Position numbers and translations under genes: made by a program | Notes under the pieces: generated by a model | The model's input: the letters and a program-made list of their open reading frames with translations, nothing else | Database searches by the model: none | What the model was told of the DNA's origin: nothing | Part shown: one piece after another, positions 58,412 through 64,000 of the stretch | How the letters are laid out: each line of letters starts with the position of its first letter | Numbering within the stretch: position 1 is the stretch's first letter | Assembly (NCBI GenBank): GCA_051013385.1 | Contig: CP143273.1 | Location: forward strand, 1,056,001 to 1,120,000 | Source of the DNA: Phormidium sp. | GTDB lineage: Bacteria > Cyanobacteriota > Cyanobacteriia > Cyanobacteriales > Aerosakkonemataceae | Reading direction: 5' to 3' | Length of the DNA stretch: 64,000 nt

Positions 58412-61400
58412 AATTCTCCCTCCTCATAATCTTCTTGATTTTCTGTATTTGATGGTTGACCATTTTGGATTTGACTAAGTACCTCAATAATTTGGCTTAA
58501 GCTAGCTATTGTGGGATACTCAAGGAAATTTTGTAAGGATAATTCCACAGAGAAAATATCGCGCAATCGATATATTACCTGAGTTGCTAATAGGGAATGT
58601 CCGCCAATTTCAAAGAAATTATCCTTAACGCTAATGCTGGTAATTCCTAAAACTTCGCTCCAAACTTGTGCTAGTTGTGCTTCGATCGCATTACGTGCAG
58701 AAACAAAACTAGAGGTAAGATTTCTGTTAGCTGTATCCGGTGCGGGTAGGGCACGCCGATCGATCTTACCATTGGGAGTCAAAGGCAAAGCATTAAGCAA
58801 AACAAAAGCTTGCGGCACCATATAATTAGGTAACTTTTGTTGGACAAATTCCCGCACTTGTGGCACTAACTTTTGAACTAACTTACCTTGTAAAGGATTA
58901 TTCGTATAATCACCCCAAGATTTAATTACGTTCGTAGTAGCGACTTCAGTCATTTTCAGTCGTTCCGAAGATGTTGAACTATGACGACAGAACACCACAT
59001 CAAAACAACCATCTTGACTACTTTCCCACCAACTGAGATGAACACTATAACCTAATTGTTCTCCCAATTCCCAAAACTCTTCAGGATTGATTCCACTTGT
59101 TGAATGTTGAGCTAAAATTTGCCGTAATTCGCTAACTGTCTCCACATTCGGAGCTTTTTCCACCCATTGCCAAATTTGTAAAGCTTGCTGTACTCTTTGA
59201 TTCGGAACTCGTCGAATACCTAAAAACTCTGGCTGTTCCTGACGTAATTGATGTTCAATTTGAGTCAAAGAAAGTCGATCTAATTGCCAATTTAACCAAG
59301 GAATTACTGTTTCTTGAACCTCAGCACCCAAATGCAGAATCACATCATAACGGAATTGGACTAACTCATTTTGAGCATAACCACGTTTGGGTTGAATTTC
59401 TACCCAAGTAATTTGGGGAAAACGTTGTTTTAAAGCCATGAAGAATTTCGGATCGATTACTAATTCTTCTTCAGCAGTTATACTTTGATTTACCTGTTGT
59501 TGCCATTGTTCAATACTTCTGTCATCGGGAGCTTGAGATAATTGGACGGCTGCGTGATAAGGTTCCAATAAAGGCAAACTGCGAACATCTCCGATAAAGA
59601 TTGTACCTCGATCGCCAATTGTGTCAATCGCACCTTCTAGAACCTGCAACAAATAATCCACACTAGGGAAATACTGCACAACAGAATTCAAAACCACAGT
59701 ATCAAATTTCCCTTGAGGAATATCAGCAAAATTATCTGCCGTTTGTTGGCGCAACTGCACGTTTTCTAAACCTACAGTTTGACATACTCGCTCAACATAC
59801 TCTACAGCAGATAGAGAGTAATCAGTTCCCCAATATTCTTGGACATTTTTAGCAACCCGATATAACAATAACCCACTACCACAACCAATTTCTAAAACCC
59901 TTTGTGGCGACACAGACAAAATTCGGTTGACGGTACTTTCTACCCAAACTCGCATTTCTTGGGATGGAATTGGTTGTTTAGTGTAGCTACTATTCCAACC
60001 AGAAATATTAAAAGTTGGGTCATCAATAGCCATTTTCGCTTGTTGGCTATAGGATTGTTCGTAGAGAGTTTGCCAATCGCTGACATATTCACTTTGCCAT
60101 TGAGTAATTTGTTCGGGTACGGTTTGGCGATCGAGATCTGGGACTAAGTAAGCTACCAAACGTTTATCCCCTGCAATATCTTCTCTAGCTATTACTGCAC
60201 TTCCTTGTACTAAAGGATGCTGACTTAAAACAGCTTCAATTTCCCCTAATTCTATGCGGAAGCCACGAATTTTAACTTGATTGTCAATGCGTCCTAAATA
60301 TTCAATTTTTCCATCGGGTAAATAACGCGCTTTATCTCCAGTTTTGTAAAGTTTTGAGTTTGGCGTTGCAGAGGCAGATTTTGTGGTTATTTTTTCGGCT
60401 TGTAAGGGCGGGTTTTGTTTTAATTCTATTGCTGTGATTACAGAATTGTCTGCTAAACCCGCCCCTACAGGGTTTTCAAAGGGGTTGGGAATAAATTTCT
60501 CAGTTGTTAACTGCATTCGGTTGAGATAGCCTCTTGCTAATCCCACACCGCTGATGTGTAATTCTCCGGGTACGCCGATCGGTACTGGTTGCAAATGCGA
60601 GTCTAAAATGTAAACTTGAGTGTTAGCAATGGGACGACCAATGGAAACTTTCTCATCTTCAGGAACACATTTAGCAATAGTAGTACAAACACTAGCTTCT
60701 GTCGGCCCATAACCATTGTAAAAGTTTCTGCCTTTAGACCATTGTTTAATCAGTTCAAGAGAACAAGCTTCTCCAGCAACAATGATTGTTGAAAGTGTGG
60801 GAAGTTCTTCAGTTGGCAGAACTGTTAATGCTGATGGTGGTAAAGTAATGTGAGTAATTCTATCATTACGTAATCGCTCAATTAATGGCATACCAGGCAT
60901 GATCGAATCTTTGCTACCCAGGTAAAGTGTTGCACCCGATCCCAAACTCATCAAAATTTCTGATATACAAGCATCAAAACTGAAAGAAGCAAATTGGAGA
61001 ACTCGACTTTCAGAATTAACACCAAACGCCTGAATTTGAGCGATCGCTAAGTTATATAATCCTTTATGTTCTACCATTACCCCTTTAGGTTTACCTGTAG
61101 AACCAGAAGTATAAATCACGTTAGCTAAGTTAGAAGCTTGAACGATTCCCGTTAAATTCTCTTGAGTTTGTTGAGGAATTTCCCAATTGTCTAAAAAGAC
61201 AATTTTTGCCTGATGTTGAGGTAATTTATCAATGACTCGCTGTTGAGTTAATAGTAGGGAAACTTGGGTATCTTCTAATATGAAACTGAGACGTTCTTGA
61301 GGATATTCTGGATCGAGAGGTACGTAAGCACCACCTGCTTTTAGGATTGCTAAAAGTCCGATCGGCATTAATGGCGATCGCTCTACACACAATCCTACCA

Positions 61401-64000
61401 ACACATCCGCACCAACACCCAAATCTCGCAAATAATGCGCGAACTGATTAGCACGATTATTCAATTCTGCATAAGTTAGTTGTTCATTTTCAAACACGAC
61501 CGCTATTGCATTTGGTGTCCGTTTTACCTGTTCTTCAAACAACTGATGAATACATTTATCTTGCGGATATTCCACCTGAGTATCATTCCACTCTTCTAAT
61601 AATTGATAGCGTTCTTGTGGAGTGAGAATCGGGAGTAAAGCGACAGGTTGTTGGGGATTTTCGACAATAGCTGTTAACAACGTTTGGAAATGTTGCATCA
61701 TGCGAGCGATCGTTGTTCCATCAAACAAATCCTTATTGTAAGAACAAAAACCGCTAAGTCCTTCTGGTGCATCCCACAAGTAAACCTCTAAATCCATCCG
61801 TACCGAGTCAAGTCCCGAAGGCATTCCTTCAACCTTTAAACCTGGCAGATCCCAATCGGAAGAGGGTGCATTTTGCAGAGCAAATACTACTTGAGTTAAA
61901 GGATTGCGATCGAGATGTCGTTCAACTTGCAACTCTTCAACTAACATTTCAAAAGGCAAATCTTGATTTTCATAAGCGTCTTGAGTAGTTTGTTTTACCT
62001 GCGCCAAAAAAGTTTCAAAACTTGGTTTTTCAGACAAATCAAATCTCAGCGCCAAAGTATTGACAAAAAAGCCGATTAACCCTTCAATTTCTGTGCGGTT
62101 GCGATTAGCTATTGGCGACCCAATTACAATATCTGTTTGTCCACTATAGCGAGATGCTAACACCACAAAACCCGCCAACAGTGTCATAAACAAAGTAGTT
62201 CCCGATTTTTGACTCAGCTTTTTCAATTCCTGAGTTAGTTTAATATCTAGTTGCAGTTTCTCTGTCCCACCGCGAAAACTTTGAATTGCGGGACGGGGGC
62301 GATCTGTGGGTAATTCTAACAGCGGTGGTGCGCCAGTTAACTGTTGTTTCCAGTAGTTTAATTGTGCTTCTAATAGTCGATCGGTCAACCATTTCCGCTG
62401 CCATACTGCAAAGTCAGCATACTGAATCGGTAACGGCGATAATTCAACCGGATTACCCGTAACAATAGCTCGATAATAAGCTGATATTTCACCAATTAAA
62501 ACCCCCATCGACCAACCATCAGCAGCAATGTGGTGAATCGCAAATACTAATACATAATCATCTTGGGCAACTTGCCAAAGTTTAACTCGCAACACAGGGC
62601 CATTTGCCAAATCAAATGGTTTACAAGCTTCTTCTGTCGCCTGTGTTTCTACTTGTTTCCAGGGTTCTGGTACATTTTGTAAATCGACTACTGGTAAGGT
62701 TAGGGTTGTGGTGGGTGCGATCGCCTGTATCGGTTTGCTATCTTTAATTACAAACCGAGTCCGTAAAGGTTCATGGCGTTGCACTATTTCCCTAAACGCT
62801 TGTTCTAAAGCTTTAACATTAAGATTGCCAACTAAACGGATGGTGAAATCGATTGTATAAGCAGCACTTTCTCCTTCTAATTGATTGACAAACCACAGGC
62901 GTTCTTGTGCCCAAGATAGGGGGATGTCTCCATCTCTGGAAATTGGGAAGATTGGCGGAATAGCTAAATTTGAATCAGTTTGAAGTTGTTTTGAGATGGC
63001 TTGACTTAGTTGAGCAATTGTTGGTAATTCAAATAGATAACGCAACGGTACAGAAATGTTAAATGCTTCTTGCACGCGAGAAATTATCTGAGTCGCTAGT
63101 AAGGAATGTCCTCCAATTTCAAAGAAATTATCGTAAATTCCTACTTGCTCTACTTTTAAGATTTGTACCCAAATTTGTACCAGTTTTTCCTCAATTTGGG
63201 TGCGAGGAGCAACATATTTATCTCTTTGTTCACTGTGGAAATCTGGTGCAGGTAAAGCACGACGGTCTATTTTCCCGTTAGGAGTTAGGGGTAAAGATTC
63301 CAGAATGACGAAAGCTTGGGGTATCATATAAAGCGGCAGATTAGCAGACAAGAACTGACGCAGTTCGTTAATTGTTATGATCTGTTCGGATTCCGGTATT
63401 ACATAGGCAACTAAGCGTTTATCCCCAGCTTTATCTTCGCGGATAATTACACAAGATGCTTGTACATTAATGTGTTGATTAAGTAATGCTTCAATTTCTC
63501 CTAATTCAATGCGGAAACCACGAACTTTTACCTGATTGTCGATACGTCCTAAATATTCAATATTCCCATCTGGTAAATAACGAGCTAAGTCCCCTGTTTT
63601 ATATAATTTTGAATTACCAAAAGGATTCGGAATAAATTTTTCATTGGTCAATTCAGGACGGTTTAAGTAACCTTTTGCTAATCCTACACCAGCAATGTGT
63701 AATTCTCCTGGTACACCTATAGGAACTGGTTGTAAGTTTGAGTCTAAAATGTAGATTTGTGTATTAGCAATGGGACGACCAATGGAGATTTTTCGATCGC
63801 TATCTCTACATTTTGCGATCGTGGCACAAACACTAGCTTCTGTCGGCCCATAAGCATTGTAAAAGTTTCTCCCAACTGACCAAAGTTTTATCACTTCAGG
63901 AGAACAAGCTTCTCCGGCGACAATAATTGTTTGTAATGTTGGGAGTTCCTCAGCAGGCAAAACTGCCAGTGCTGATGGTGGTAAAGTGATATGAGTAATG
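58408..64000 (-). CDS. Multimodular NRPS, 5' part outside the window: (A)-T, C-A-N-methyltransferase-T (ApdB/McnC-like)
   Basis: IGGHSL twice, HHIAADG, YTSGSTGKPKG, hand-derived code DASTIAGVCK (aromatic, Tyr-like), VLEIGCGSG and LNSVVQYFP N-MT motifs; the frame continues past 63960. Confidence 0.94.
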   Translation of the reverse strand, partial: ITHITLPPSALAVLPAEELPTLQTIIVAGEACSPEVIKLWSVGRNFYNAYGPTEASVCATIAKCRDSDRKISIGRPIANTQIYILDSNLQPVPIGVPGELHIAGVGLAKGYLNRPELTNEKFIPNPFGNSKLYKTGDLARYLPDGNIEYLGRIDNQVKVRGFRIELGEIEALLNQHINVQASCVIIREDKAGDKRLVAYVIPESEQIITINELRQFLSANLPLYMIPQAFVILESLPLTPNGKIDRRALPAPDFHSEQRDKYVAPRTQIEEKLVQIWVQILKVEQVGIYDNFFEIGGHSLLATQIISRVQEAFNISVPLRYLFELPTIAQLSQAISKQLQTDSNLAIPPIFPISRDGDIPLSWAQERLWFVNQLEGESAAYTIDFTIRLVGNLNVKALEQAFREIVQRHEPLRTRFVIKDSKPIQAIAPTTTLTLPVVDLQNVPEPWKQVETQATEEACKPFDLANGPVLRVKLWQVAQDDYVLVFAIHHIAADGWSMGVLIGEISAYYRAIVTGNPVELSPLPIQYADFAVWQRKWLTDRLLEAQLNYWKQQLTGAPPLLELPTDRPRPAIQSFRGGTEKLQLDIKLTQELKKLSQKSGTTLFMTLLAGFVVLASRYSGQTDIVIGSPIANRNRTEIEGLIGFFVNTLALRFDLSEKPSFETFLAQVKQTTQDAYENQDLPFEMLVEELQVERHLDRNPLTQVVFALQNAPSSDWDLPGLKVEGMPSGLDSVRMDLEVYLWDAPEGLSGFCSYNKDLFDGTTIARMMQHFQTLLTAIVENPQQPVALLPILTPQERYQLLEEWNDTQVEYPQDKCIHQLFEEQVKRTPNAIAVVFENEQLTYAELNNRANQFAHYLRDLGVGADVLVGLCVERSPLMPIGLLAILKAGGAYVPLDPEYPQERLSFILEDTQVSLLLTQQRVIDKLPQHQAKIVFLDNWEIPQQTQENLTGIVQASNLANVIYTSGSTGKPKGVMVEHKGLYNLAIAQIQAFGVNSESRVLQFASFSFDACISEILMSLGSGATLYLGSKDSIMPGMPLIERLRNDRITHITLPPSALTVLPTEELPTLSTIIVAGEACSLELIKQWSKGRNFYNGYGPTEASVCTTIAKCVPEDEKVSIGRPIANTQVYILDSHLQPVPIGVPGELHISGVGLARGYLNRMQLTTEKFIPNPFENPVGAGLADNSVITAIELKQNPPLQAEKITTKSASATPNSKLYKTGDKARYLPDGKIEYLGRIDNQVKIRGFRIELGEIEAVLSQHPLVQGSAVIAREDIAGDKRLVAYLVPDLDRQTVPEQITQWQSEYVSDWQTLYEQSYSQQAKMAIDDPTFNISGWNSSYTKQPIPSQEMRVWVESTVNRILSVSPQRVLEIGCGSGLLLYRVAKNVQEYWGTDYSLSAVEYVERVCQTVGLENVQLRQQTADNFADIPQGKFDTVVLNSVVQYFPSVDYLLQVLEGAIDTIGDRGTIFIGDVRSLPLLEPYHAAVQLSQAPDDRSIEQWQQQVNQSITAEEELVIDPKFFMALKQRFPQITWVEIQPKRGYAQNELVQFRYDVILHLGAEVQETVIPWLNWQLDRLSLTQIEHQLRQEQPEFLGIRRVPNQRVQQALQIWQWVEKAPNVETVSELRQILAQHSTSGINPEEFWELGEQLGYSVHLSWWESSQDGCFDVVFCRHSSTSSERLKMTEVATTNVIKSWGDYTNNPLQGKLVQKLVPQVREFVQQKLPNYMVPQAFVLLNALPLTPNGKIDRRALPAPDTANRNLTSSFVSARNAIEAQLAQVWSEVLGITSISVKDNFFEIGGHSLLATQVIYRLRDIFSVELSLQNFLEYPTIASLSQIIEVLSQIQNGQPSNTENQEDYEEGEL
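60402..60468. repeat. GTAG-type REP-like element inserted in frame within the NRPS A domain
   Basis: gtaagggcgggttt...aaacccgcccctac inverted repeat; translates as VGAGLADNSVITAIELKQNPPL. Confidence 0.8.

Overview
AT-rich cyanobacterial DNA with many HIP1 (GCGATCGC) octamers, in three blocks. (1) 1-30.4 kb is an extracellular contractile injection system (eCIS) locus that resembles the thylakoid-anchored type. It has a sheath, four gp19-type tube paralogues, an Afp7-like tube initiator, VgrG, PAAR and DUF4280 tips, gp25, baseplate J and I, a Pvc16 cap, an Afp15 ATPase, DUF4159 and TM-WD40 'crown'-like genes, and a pseudokinase-TM-binding-protein fusion. It also has two tail-assembly chaperones, one with a probable -1 frameshift extension, and two candidate cargo proteins (DUF4157 and an HNH-like nuclease) that share an N-terminal motif. 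A PIN toxin-antitoxin pair and two XisH/XisI pairs are embedded, each block bounded by direct repeats. (2) 30.6-39.5 kb is a divergent three-gene phosphorelay ending in a NarL-type regulator. A 22-bp palindrome recurs in three eCIS intergenic regions and is a candidate operator. A DEAD-box helicase, KAP-like NTPase, ABC transporter, arfB and two ISL3 remnants follow. (3) 47.4-64 kb is the 3' part of a cyanopeptolin/anabaenopeptilide-type NRPS cluster with a halogenase, methyltransferase, SDR, ABC exporter and an adjacent HExxH metallopeptidase-like gene. No rRNA, tRNA or CRISPR array was seen. All family assignments come from motif recognition by eye, not database searches.
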